Below, piece after piece: positions 49,682 to 58,667 of a DNA stretch of 64,000 nucleotides. The translations under genes were made by a program, and so were the position numbers. The notes below the pieces were generated by a model. It searched no databases, was not told the DNA's origin, and saw only the letters and a program-made list of their open reading frames with translations. Origin of the DNA: Lentisphaeria bacterium (GTDB lineage: Bacteria > Verrucomicrobiota > Lentisphaeria > JABSQK01 > JAWLHB01); assembly GCA_041690595.1 (NCBI GenBank), contig JAWLHB010000004.1, positions 62,001 through 126,000 of the forward strand. Reading direction: 5' to 3'. The number at the start of each line of letters is the position of its first letter. Positions within the stretch are counted from its first letter, which is position 1.

Positions 49682-50659
49682 TCAGGAGGTGTGGATCTCG
49701 ATCCCGCCGGCGTTCTTGACGTTGCTGGTCACGAGGGTCCAGTTGGCCGTGTCGCCCAGCTCGGCGTCACTGGGGTTGGGAGCGGCGGTGGAGAACTGGA
49801 AGCCCTTGACGCGCGCATTGAAGGCGTACTCTCCCTGGATGCGGAAGAGGAGCTGAGCCTTGCCGGTGATCATCTCCGCGGCGATGGTCTCTTCTTCGGA
49901 TTCGGTGACGACGAGTCCGTCGCGGGCGAAGCCGAGGGTATGGTAGGAGACTGGGTCGACACCATTGTCATGGCGCAGCGCATCGGCATCGGTGACGATG
50001 ACGGGGAGACCGAGCGTCTCGACGGTTCCGGCGCGGACGGTGAGGTTGGCAATGCCGGTGATGTTGTCCGCGAGCGACTGCTGCATGAGGTCGAAGTAGA
50101 CCTTGGAATGCATCACCCAGCAGACGATCCGCTGGGCGGCATCGCCGAGCCTGGCGAGGCCGCCGAGGAGGTGGCCGTGGGTCATGGTCGGCGTCTGCAG
50201 GGCGGTGGCGTCAAAGCGGAGCCGCGGATCCGTCTGAAACGCGGCGCGGGCGGCGAGGAGACCCGAATCCAGGAAGTTGAGGGTCTTTGCCTGTGCGACC
50301 ATGCGGCCGACGATGAGGGACATCTGCGCGGCGTCCATGCCGATCTTCTTGAAGGAATTGAGGGTCTGAGTGACGGGGCCGATGCGGCGGTCGAGCTTGA
50401 CGCCCACTTCCTCCCCCTGGGTGAGGGGCAGGTCATCGGCGTCGAGGAGGCTGCTCAGGTCGCGTCGGGAGACGAGGCCGACGATGGTATCGAAGAAGGC
50501 TTCCTTCTCGTACTGGCCGAGGAGTTCTTGCTGCACGAAGCGGATGCCGAAGTTGCTGGCCTCGTTGAAGGCGCGGATGGTACGGGCGAGCGCCTCGTAT
50601 TTGCCGAGCTGGTACTGGGCGTCCTGAAGGACGAAGTCGGATTGTTTGCCGATAGGCAT
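49682..50659 (-). CDS. Major capsid protein (HK97 fold expected)
   Basis: 325 aa; AFNEASNFGI, CWVMHSKVYFDL, LGLPVIVTD, IQGEYAFNARVKGF, NPSDAELGDTANW; AAGGAG RBS. Confidence 0.88.
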   Translation of the reverse strand: MPIGKQSDFVLQDAQYQLGKYEALARTIRAFNEASNFGIRFVQQELLGQYEKEAFFDTIVGLVSRRDLSSLLDADDLPLTQGEEVGVKLDRRIGPVTQTLNSFKKIGMDAAQMSLIVGRMVAQAKTLNFLDSGLLAARAAFQTDPRLRFDATALQTPTMTHGHLLGGLARLGDAAQRIVCWVMHSKVYFDLMQQSLADNITGIANLTVRAGTVETLGLPVIVTDADALRHDNGVDPVSYHTLGFARDGLVVTESEEETIAAEMITGKAQLLFRIQGEYAFNARVKGFQFSTAAPNPSDAELGDTANWTLVTSNVKNAGGIEIHTS

Positions 50660-50742
50660 GATGGTTGCTCCTTGTTGATGAGCGATTTGTTACAGCCGCA
50701 CCATGCGGCCATGACTCATGAGTGATTAGTTAAAGTTATGAC

Positions 50743-51507
50743 TCAGCCGCGGGTATCGGCATCGATGAGCTGCCGCGCGGCCTGCATGCCGTGCTGGTCG
50801 ATGAAGCGCGCCTGTTCCTCGACATCCATCTGGCTCCATGGGCGGGAGTCCTCGGGATGGAGAGAGGCAGCGCCGCCGCCGGCGCCGCCGCCGCCGGGAT
50901 GGCCTGCCTTGAGCATGCGATCCCGATGAGGGTGGCGCTGGATGATCTGCTGGAGCGCCTCTTCGGGGTTGGCGTAGTCGCCGGGACGGGATGGAGACAT
51001 GATCGGTTGGCCGTCGACGCGAGCGATCGGCACGGGGCGGCCGTTGCGCTCTTCCACGTGGAAGTTCTGGCCGAAGTAGACGTAGGCCATCTCCGGCAAG
51101 AGAAGGGTCTGTTCACGCAGAAAGTCCGAGGTATCGAAGGCGGACTTGATGAGCAGATCGTGAATCTGGCTGTCGCGCTGGGCGATGGTCTCGTCGCGCT
51201 GTTGCAGGCGGCTGGTGTACTGCTCTTCGATGTGGCGGCGCACCTGTTCGGCCTCGCCGGCATCGATGAGGGACTTGTTGGCGAGGTCCTCGAGCTTGCG
51301 CAGCGCGTCATGGGCGGCGGCGGGTTCGATCTCCCCATAAGCGCTGAGGGCGGCGTTGAGTTCGCCAACGCGGGCAGAGAGCTGACTGATGGTGGCTTGC
51401 ATGGCGACGGGGTCGACGGCCAACTCGGAGCCGTCATCCTGAAGGTAGAGCGGAAGATCGTCGGCAGTGAGGACCGGGTGGCCAAGGTCATTACGTTTGA
51501 GTTTCAC
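50743..51507 (-). CDS. Capsid scaffolding protein (DUF6651-like)
   Basis: GTG start 6 nt after AAGGAG; MKLK..., LPLYLQDDGSE, LIDAGEAEQV, SRPGDYANPEEAL, Gly-rich tail. Confidence 0.8.
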   Translation of the reverse strand: MKLKRNDLGHPVLTADDLPLYLQDDGSELAVDPVAMQATISQLSARVGELNAALSAYGEIEPAAAHDALRKLEDLANKSLIDAGEAEQVRRHIEEQYTSRLQQRDETIAQRDSQIHDLLIKSAFDTSDFLREQTLLLPEMAYVYFGQNFHVEERNGRPVPIARVDGQPIMSPSRPGDYANPEEALQQIIQRHPHRDRMLKAGHPGGGGAGGGAASLHPEDSRPWSQMDVEEQARFIDQHGMQAARQLIDADTRG

Positions 51508-51539
51508 AGACATCTCCTTTTTCTTGTTAAGGTGCCAAT

Positions 51540-51567
51540 ACCATAGCACCAAAACTCGAAAAGTCAA
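51540..51567 (-). promoter_or_regulatory. Putative sigma70 promoter of the virion cassette
   Basis: TTGACT-N16-TATGGT with extended -10 TGn; palindrome ATAAC-N6-GTTAT just upstream (51575-51590). Confidence 0.5.
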
Positions 51568-51724
51568 GCCGGATATAACCAAAAAGTTATCACAGGTAAG
51601 GAAATTATGTCGGCACGGTGTGGGAGGGGTCTGGGGAGACGGGGAGTTGAAATCGCGGAGGCGACCGCTACTCTAATAGAGGAGTTCAGGCACGGCGTCC
51701 GCGGCCTGGCGCAAGGATGCAAGG

Positions 51725-54631
51725 GTGGAGCAGCAGTACGTGGAAAAACCTCTGGACAAGCAACTCACGATCCTGGTGATCGACGATGACGATCTGGCGT
51801 TGGAGAGCCTGTCGCTGATCCTTCGGGAGAACGGCTATCGGGTGCTAGTGGCGGCATCGGGAAGCGAAGGTCTGGAGCTTTACCGGGAGTGCACGCCGGA
51901 CATCGTGCTGGTCGATCTGCAGATGCCGGGCGCGGGGGGCATGTGGGTGGTTGACCAGATTCATCGGGAGTCTCCGCAAACGCCGTTGCTGCTGGTGAGC
52001 GGCACGCGCGACATCCAGGATGCCATCGAGGGGCAACGCTACGGTGCATGGGACATGGTGCTCAAGCCGATCGAGCCGCTCTCCCTGACGCATGCGCTGG
52101 ATCGAGCGATCGAACGACAGGGGCGCCTGCTGCACGGCGCGGAACAGCAGCGCCAGTTGGAGCAGGAGGTGGATGATCGCTCCAACGAGGCCCGGGAAAA
52201 CAATGGCGAGCTGCGGGCGCTCAATGCGCGTCTCCAGCAGCTCCTCCACCTCATCGGCACCTTCTCGCCGAACACGGATTATCATCAACTGACGGCCCAG
52301 TTGCTGACTCACTTTGCGCTGGACATGACGGCGTCGGGGGGGCGCTTCTACGAAGTGGAGGAAGGGGGGCTGCGCCTGGTTCACGAGATCAAGTCGGCGG
52401 CGCCGGATTTTCTGCCCTTTCCCCTGCCGCGTGGCTCGCTTCTGGACCGGGTGATGACGGTGAAGAAGCCGCTGCTCCTCTCGACGCGCCGGGAGGCGGA
52501 TGAGTCGCTGGATACCTGGGGGGAATCGCAGGATGGTACGGTGATGGCTTTCCCGTTTGCCGGTGAACGTGGCGATGTCCTGGCGATCATTGTGCTGTTG
52601 CGGCTGGGCGAGGTTCCCTTTCGGGGGCAGGATCTGAAGCTGGGCGGCATCCTGGCCTCCTTCTGCAGTGGCTCCCTGCGGGCGGCGAGGACCACCGAGG
52701 AGCTGCGACGCAGCGAGCAGCGTTACCGGGACCTGGTACATCATGCGCGAAGCATACTGCTGCGCCTCGATCCGCAGGGACGCATCCGCTTTTTCAACGA
52801 ATTCGGACAACGCTTTTTTGGCTTTCAGGAGCAGCAGGTGGTGGGCAAAGGGTTGATCGGTACGCTGGTGCCGCCCACTCCCGAGAACGAGGCGCAGTTG
52901 CAGGAGCTGCTTCGCGAGATCCAGCAGCAGCCGGAGAAGCATGCGGGGACGGAGCAGCTGTGCCGCTGCCGGAACGGTCGTCGCGTCTGGATAGCCTGGA
53001 CGCACCGCGCCCTTCTGGATGAGAATAAGAAGCTGGCCGGTATCCTCTGCGTGGGAACCGACATTACTGACCGCAAGCGCATCGAGGAAGCCCTGGCGGA
53101 GGAGCGCGATCGGCTGCAGTCGTTCATGGATACGAGCCCGATCGCCATTATGGTCGTCAATCGGACCGGCAAGATGATCCAGGCCAACACCCAGGCCAAA
53201 CTGCTGCTCGATAATCTGCAGGATCCGGTGGAGACGCTCAACTGGCAGACGCCGGGTGCAAGCTGGACGGATTGGGACGGGTCGCCGCTGAAGGCAGACC
53301 AGATGCCGCTGCGCCGCATCATGCAGATCCGCAAGCCGATCAGCGACATCCGGCTGGCTCTGGCACGTCCGCAGGGGCGCCGCACTCTCCTTTCCGCCAA
53401 CTGCGCCCCCATCTTCGATGACAACAACCAGATCATCGGCATGATCGCGGCGCTGCAGGATGTGTCGCAGCGTCTGGCCTTGGAGGACCGGCTGCGTCAG
53501 GCTCAGAAGATGGAGACGGTCGGGCAGCTTGCCGGCGGCGTCGCCCACGATTTCAACAATCTTCTTCTCCCGATCATCGGTTTTTCCGAGATGCTGCTGA
53601 ATCAGATCGCGGAGGATCATCCGCTGCGGGAGCAGATCTCGCTGATCTACAGAGCGGGCGAGCGTGCCAAGCATCTGACGCGGCAGCTCCTGGCCTTCAG
53701 CCGCAAGCAGGTCTTCGAGATCGAGTGGCTCGACCTCAATGCGCTTATCGGCGGCTTCCAGAAGATGCTCGGTCGGACCATCCGGGAGAACATCGACATG
53801 CAGTTCGTGCCGTCGAACCGACTCGGCCAATGCCGTGGCGATGCGTCGCAGATCGAGCAGGTGCTGATGAACCTGGTGATCAATGCGCAGCATGCCATGC
53901 CGGAGGGTGGCAAGCTCATTATCGAGACCGCCGATGTCGACCTGGACGAGGCGTATGCGGATTCGCATCCGGAGGTGGTGCCCGGTGGCTACGTGATGCT
54001 GGCCGTCTCCGACACGGGCTGCGGCATGGACAAGGAGACGCAGCGGCACATCTTCGAGCCCTTCTTCACCACTAAGAAGGAGGGAGAGGGAACCGGCCTG
54101 GGGCTGGCCACCGTCTACGGTATCGTGCGCCAGCACAATGGCAGCATCTGGGTCTACAGCGAAGTGGAGAAGGGGACGACCTTCAAGATCTACCTGCCAC
54201 GCCAGAAGGGAGAAGAGGCGCGCGAGATGGCCCGTCGCGCCCGCAAACCGCCACGGGGGACGGAGACGATCCTCCTCGCCGAGGACGACGATCTGGTCCG
54301 CACCGCCGCCGCCAGCATTTTGAGCCAGCACGGCTATACGGTCATCGACAGCGATGATCCGGTGCGCGCGCTGCAGCTCTCCGAGGAGCATGACGGCCCC
54401 ATTCAGTTGCTCCTCAGCGACGTGATCATGCCCATGTGGAACGGCCGCGACCTGTACCAGCGTGTGCAGAAGCTGAGACCGGAGCTGCGGGTGGTCTTCA
54501 TGTCAGGCTACACGGAGCGCGCCATCTCGCATTATGGCGTACTGGACGAAGGGGTGCACTTCATCCAGAAGCCGTTTACCAGCCTTTCGCTGCTCACCGC
54601 GGTGCGCGACGCGCTGGACGAGGGCCTATAG
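51725..54631 (+). CDS. Hybrid sensor histidine kinase (REC-GAF-like-PAS-PAS-HisKA-HATPase-REC)
   Basis: DLQMP, AHDFNN, NLVINA, FEPFFTTK..GTGLGL, DVIMP, FIQKPF. Confidence 0.95.
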   Translation: MEQQYVEKPLDKQLTILVIDDDDLALESLSLILRENGYRVLVAASGSEGLELYRECTPDIVLVDLQMPGAGGMWVVDQIHRESPQTPLLLVSGTRDIQDAIEGQRYGAWDMVLKPIEPLSLTHALDRAIERQGRLLHGAEQQRQLEQEVDDRSNEARENNGELRALNARLQQLLHLIGTFSPNTDYHQLTAQLLTHFALDMTASGGRFYEVEEGGLRLVHEIKSAAPDFLPFPLPRGSLLDRVMTVKKPLLLSTRREADESLDTWGESQDGTVMAFPFAGERGDVLAIIVLLRLGEVPFRGQDLKLGGILASFCSGSLRAARTTEELRRSEQRYRDLVHHARSILLRLDPQGRIRFFNEFGQRFFGFQEQQVVGKGLIGTLVPPTPENEAQLQELLREIQQQPEKHAGTEQLCRCRNGRRVWIAWTHRALLDENKKLAGILCVGTDITDRKRIEEALAEERDRLQSFMDTSPIAIMVVNRTGKMIQANTQAKLLLDNLQDPVETLNWQTPGASWTDWDGSPLKADQMPLRRIMQIRKPISDIRLALARPQGRRTLLSANCAPIFDDNNQIIGMIAALQDVSQRLALEDRLRQAQKMETVGQLAGGVAHDFNNLLLPIIGFSEMLLNQIAEDHPLREQISLIYRAGERAKHLTRQLLAFSRKQVFEIEWLDLNALIGGFQKMLGRTIRENIDMQFVPSNRLGQCRGDASQIEQVLMNLVINAQHAMPEGGKLIIETADVDLDEAYADSHPEVVPGGYVMLAVSDTGCGMDKETQRHIFEPFFTTKKEGEGTGLGLATVYGIVRQHNGSIWVYSEVEKGTTFKIYLPRQKGEEAREMARRARKPPRGTETILLAEDDDLVRTAAASILSQHGYTVIDSDDPVRALQLSEEHDGPIQLLLSDVIMPMWNGRDLYQRVQKLRPELRVVFMSGYTERAISHYGVLDEGVHFIQKPFTSLSLLTAVRDALDEGL

Positions 54632-55339
54632 AGCCGGCACCCGGCCTTGCGGACGGTAATAGCGGGCATAGTCGTTGTAGAGCAGATAGAGAGGGGGCTC
54701 GTCTTCCTCGATGTCGGGGAAGCGGCCAACCGGTTCGAAGAAGTTATTGTCGGTCCGGTCATCGTTGACGCGGCTGACTTCGCCGACGAGGACGGTGCCG
54801 GTGCCGGGCTCTCCCCAGAAGCGGTGGTAGTTGCGCTGCGGCAGGCAGACGGAATCGCCGGGGCGGAGGGTGATGGTGCCGCCGGCGGGAACCGTGACGT
54901 GCACGCCATCCTGGCTGAGGGTGACGGGAGAGTCGTCGAGCTGATTGTCGGCGGTGGCATTCCAGGTGCGGATGACGAGGTTGCCGCCGCCGCGGTTGAT
55001 GATGTCTTCCATCTTCTGGTGATGGAAGTGGGTCGGCGTGACCTGATTTTCCTGAACGATGAGGATCTTCTCGCCGTACCACTTGCCGAGGGGATTGGCG
55101 AGGTCGGCTGGGGTGCCATTGCGGATGGTGAAGAGGAAGAGGCCGACGGCGTCGAAATCGCCGCTGCCGAAGTCGGTGATATCCCAGCCGAGTTGCTGGT
55201 CGATGATGTCGGAGCACTCTGGTCCTCTGGTGGCCCATTCGTCCGGGCTCCAGGTGGCAAAGGGTGGGAGGAGGAAGTTCATGCGCTGAAGGAAGGCGAG
55301 GCTGTCGCGCATAATCCTGTTGATGTCGGAACGTTTCAT
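54626..55339 (-). CDS. D-lyxose/D-mannose-family sugar isomerase (cupin)
   Basis: MKRSDIN, LGWDITDFG, PTHFHHQKMEDIINRGGG, GEVS.VNDD.TDN. Confidence 0.9.
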   Translation of the reverse strand: MKRSDINRIMRDSLAFLQRMNFLLPPFATWSPDEWATRGPECSDIIDQQLGWDITDFGSGDFDAVGLFLFTIRNGTPADLANPLGKWYGEKILIVQENQVTPTHFHHQKMEDIINRGGGNLVIRTWNATADNQLDDSPVTLSQDGVHVTVPAGGTITLRPGDSVCLPQRNYHRFWGEPGTGTVLVGEVSRVNDDRTDNNFFEPVGRFPDIEEDEPPLYLLYNDYARYYRPQGRVPAL

Positions 55340-55364
55340 GGGAGGCTCCCTTTATCAGTCATGA

Positions 55365-57275
55365 TCATTCTTCGAGTTCCTCGGCGAGCGAGGCGTATTC
55401 TTCCCAGAGCTGCTCGAGCTGGCTGGTGACGGCTTGGAACTTGGCGTTGAGTTTGATGAGTTCATCCAGATCCTGCTGTTCTCCAGCCTTGCCGATGGCG
55501 TGCTCGATCATCCGTTTCTCGTCCTCGAGTTCGTGCAGCTGCGTCTCCACCTGCTCGTAGCGTTTCTGGGCGCGCTTGCGCTCGTTTTCGCGTCGGCGCT
55601 TGGCCTCGTAGGCACCGCGTCCGTCAAGGGCTTCGGGAGCCGCTGCGCGCGCGGTGGCGGGGGCCTCTTCGTCGGGAATGGGGAGGCGGCCGGCGGCATA
55701 CTCTTCCCAGGTGGCATCGACCAGGGTGGCCTTGCCATGCTCGATGACGATCAGCTTGCGGGCGACGGCCTGTATGAGGTAGCGGTCATGGCTGACCATG
55801 AGAATCGTCCCCTCGTAGTCCTGCAGCGCCTTCTGGAGGGCTTCCATGGTGGGAATGTCGAGGTGGTTGGTGGGCTCGTCAAGGAGGAGCAGATTTGGAT
55901 TGCGATAGGCGAGGCGGACGATGTTGAGGCGGGCGCGCTGGCCGCCGGAGAGGTCGGCGACGCGCTTGAAGGCGTCGTCGCCGCTGAAGAGGAGCGCGCC
56001 AAGGATTTCCCGCGCCTCGGCTTCGGAGCGAATGTCCTGGACCTGCCGGATGGCATCGACCAGCGTCAACTCGGGATCGAGGTCCTCATGGTGCTGGCGG
56101 AGAAAGGCGGGCTCCACGTTGGCGCCGTAGCGGAAGGTCCCGCCGAGGGGGGGCAGATCCCCGGCGATGGTGCGCAGGAGGGTGGTCTTGCCGGTGCCGT
56201 TGGGGCCGACAATGGCGACGCGGTCGCCGCGCTCGATGCGCAGGTTGGGCAGGTGGACGAGGGGGGTATCGTAGCCGGCGCGCAGATCGTTGACATCGAG
56301 CACCATGTCGCCGGTGCGGCGTCCAGCGGTGAAGCGCAGGCGCACGTTGCGGGCATATTCGGGCTTGTCGACGGCTTCGCGTTCGAGGTAGCGTTCGAGC
56401 TTGGTGCGTCGTCCCTGAGCTTCCTTGCTGCGCTGGCCGGCGATGTGGCGGCGGATGAAGTCCTGCTCCTTTTCGATGAGGAGCTGCTGGGCTTCCCATT
56501 CCTTGAGGCGGCGGTCGTAGCGTTCCTGGCGCTGCTTGCGATAGGCGGTGTAATTGCCCTTGTAGGTTTCGACGCGGGCGAAGCCGACTTCCCAGATGCG
56601 GTTGCAGAGCTTGTCGAGAAAGAAGCGGTCATGGGAGACGATCATGAGGTCGGCTGGATAGCTCTGGAGGAACTGCTCCAGCCAGATGGTCGCTTCGAGA
56701 TCGAGGCTGTTGGTCGGTTCGTCGAGGAGGAGCAGATCGGGCTTTTCGAGGAGGAGTCGGGCGAGGAGAGCGCGGGTGCGCCAGCCGCCGCTCAGTTCCT
56801 CCAGCGGACGCTGCTGCTGGGCCTGGCTGAAGCCGAGTCCGGTGAGGATGGCGTCGATCTGGTGCTGATAGTCATAGGCGCCCTGGTGTTCGAACTCGGC
56901 ATGCAGGCGGCTGTAGCGGGCGATGATCTCGGGGGGACAATTGGGTTCTGCCATCTGGTGGGCGAGGTCGGCGAGCTGTGTTTCGAGGGAGCGCACCGAG
57001 GCAAAGACGTCGAGCATGGCCTGTCGGAGGCTGGTGCCGAGCATCTGGGGGACGTGCTGGGGCAGGTAGCCGAGGCGAACGGACTTGGCGCGATCGATGG
57101 TGCCGGTGGTCGGTTCGTCGAGACCGACGAGCATGCGCATGATCGTCGTCTTGCCGGTGCCGTTGGCGCCGGTCAGACCAATGCGCTCACCTTCGTTGAC
57201 GACGAGGGTGACATTGCGCAGGACATCCTGCGTCGGGTAGATCTTGGTGACATTCTGAGCGCTGACCAGAGGCAT
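55365..57275 (-). CDS. ABC-F family ATPase
   Basis: Two ABC cassettes (GANGTGKT/LSGG/LLDEPTN twice), no TM, C-terminal coiled coil. Confidence 0.95.
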   Translation of the reverse strand: MPLVSAQNVTKIYPTQDVLRNVTLVVNEGERIGLTGANGTGKTTIMRMLVGLDEPTTGTIDRAKSVRLGYLPQHVPQMLGTSLRQAMLDVFASVRSLETQLADLAHQMAEPNCPPEIIARYSRLHAEFEHQGAYDYQHQIDAILTGLGFSQAQQQRPLEELSGGWRTRALLARLLLEKPDLLLLDEPTNSLDLEATIWLEQFLQSYPADLMIVSHDRFFLDKLCNRIWEVGFARVETYKGNYTAYRKQRQERYDRRLKEWEAQQLLIEKEQDFIRRHIAGQRSKEAQGRRTKLERYLEREAVDKPEYARNVRLRFTAGRRTGDMVLDVNDLRAGYDTPLVHLPNLRIERGDRVAIVGPNGTGKTTLLRTIAGDLPPLGGTFRYGANVEPAFLRQHHEDLDPELTLVDAIRQVQDIRSEAEAREILGALLFSGDDAFKRVADLSGGQRARLNIVRLAYRNPNLLLLDEPTNHLDIPTMEALQKALQDYEGTILMVSHDRYLIQAVARKLIVIEHGKATLVDATWEEYAAGRLPIPDEEAPATARAAAPEALDGRGAYEAKRRRENERKRAQKRYEQVETQLHELEDEKRMIEHAIGKAGEQQDLDELIKLNAKFQAVTSQLEQLWEEYASLAEELEE

Positions 57276-57287
57276 ACGAACCTGTGA

Positions 57288-58547
57288 CTATGACTGCAGG
57301 GTGGAATAGAGAGAAAGAGCGCGGAGGTTGACGGGGCCGTCCGCCTTGTCGATGCGCAGGCGCAGGGTGCCGAGAGGGACGGCCGGGAAGCGCACGATGG
57401 CCTTGTGCCCCACATTGGCCCCCTGAGCCAGAAGGATGCGCCCACCCGCCTCGCATTCGATGGTGAACTGGCGGATATGTTCCCCGGCGGTCAGCTCCTC
57501 CTCGATGACGAGGTGATCCACCAGGAGGCGTTGCGAGGCGGCGAAGGACCAGGTGGTGTCGGTGCGTTCGAAGTCATCGAGGGTGGCAACGGGATGGCTG
57601 AAGCGGCGACGGATCTCGGCGCCGAACTCCAGTAGGCGCGTGGCATCCGGTTCCGGCAGGAGCCCGTGCCGGTCGGGACCGATGTTGAGCAGCAGGTTGC
57701 AGCCGCGCCCGACGGAGAGGTAGTAGAGGCCCATCAGCTCGTCGACGCTCTTGACGGTATGGGTGTCGGCCTCTTCGAAGAACCAGTTCTGGAGGCGCAT
57801 GCGGCAGTCGCACTCGGCGGGGAGCCAGCGCGGCTCCACATCGACCGTCTCGAGGTTGTCGGTCTGGACGGAAAAGGGAACGGCGACGACGGTGTTCCAG
57901 CAGGGCTGGGGGGCGATGCCGGCCTCATTGCCGACCCACCGGAAGTCGGGGTCGCCCATGTTGAAGATGAGGATGTTGGGCTGCAGCCGGCGAATGGTGG
58001 CGATGATGCGGTTCCAGTCGTAGACGTGACCTTCGGAGCCGCAGCCATCGAACCAGAGGATGTCGATGTCGCCGTAGTTCTGGAGCAACTCGCTGATCTG
58101 GTTGATGAAGTGGTCATCGTACTGGTGGGGATGCTCGAAGATGGGGTTTCCCCATTCGGCGGGGGAGTAATAGATGCCGACGGCGAGTCGATGGGCGCGG
58201 CAGGCGTCGACGAAGTCGCGGACGACATCGCCTTTGCCGTCGCGCCAGGGCGTCTGGGAAACGGAATAGGAGGAGTAAGCGGATGGCCAGTTGGCAAAGC
58301 CGTCGTGATGCTTGGCAACGAAGACCATGTAGGCGGCGCCGGCCTCGGCAGCGGTCCTCGCCCACTGGTCGGCATCGAAGGCGGAGGGATTGAAGCCGTC
58401 GAGGGGCATGGGCTTGCCGTCCCAGTCGCGGTGTCCTTCAAAGAAGGTGCGAATGCCGAAGTGCAGGAAGATGCCGAACTCCCAATCCTGGTACTGCAGT
58501 TGCCTGGGGGTGGGGATGGCAGTAGAATGATAGTCCTTGGCGGGCAT
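57288..58547 (-). CDS. Alpha-L-fucosidase (GH29)
   Basis: FGIFLHFG, AKHHDGF, LWFDG, RWVGNE, SVGRGCNLLLN. Confidence 0.93.
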   Translation of the reverse strand: MPAKDYHSTAIPTPRQLQYQDWEFGIFLHFGIRTFFEGHRDWDGKPMPLDGFNPSAFDADQWARTAAEAGAAYMVFVAKHHDGFANWPSAYSSYSVSQTPWRDGKGDVVRDFVDACRAHRLAVGIYYSPAEWGNPIFEHPHQYDDHFINQISELLQNYGDIDILWFDGCGSEGHVYDWNRIIATIRRLQPNILIFNMGDPDFRWVGNEAGIAPQPCWNTVVAVPFSVQTDNLETVDVEPRWLPAECDCRMRLQNWFFEEADTHTVKSVDELMGLYYLSVGRGCNLLLNIGPDRHGLLPEPDATRLLEFGAEIRRRFSHPVATLDDFERTDTTWSFAASQRLLVDHLVIEEELTAGEHIRQFTIECEAGGRILLAQGANVGHKAIVRFPAVPLGTLRLRIDKADGPVNLRALSLYSTLQS

Positions 58548-58667
58548 GAGGGGAAATCCTGTAACGCAAAGTGGGATGGCAGTAGCGAAGGGCGTGGCGG
58601 GGGATACGTTATCATTCACCTGCCATCCGCACCAGCCCTGCCCCATGAATCCCCATGGAGAATCGTC

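Larger units (their letters stand above)
43886..51590 (-). mobile_element. Phage-derived virion gene cassette (12 co-oriented genes); no terminase, integrase or replication genes in the window
   Basis: Scaffold, capsid, adaptor, neck and portal-like proteins in one tightly packed minus-strand unit between host genes. Confidence 0.8.

Noticed and set aside
43860..51724. Complete prophage, encapsulin or tailocin interpretation
   Set aside because: No integrase, att, terminase or replication genes; portal and neck genes argue against an encapsulin; capsid present and no sheath argue against a tailocin
58513..58585. 13-bp direct repeat GGGATGGCAGTAG, 60 bp apart
   Set aside because: Only two copies, one in coding sequence; not CRISPR-like and no function supportable
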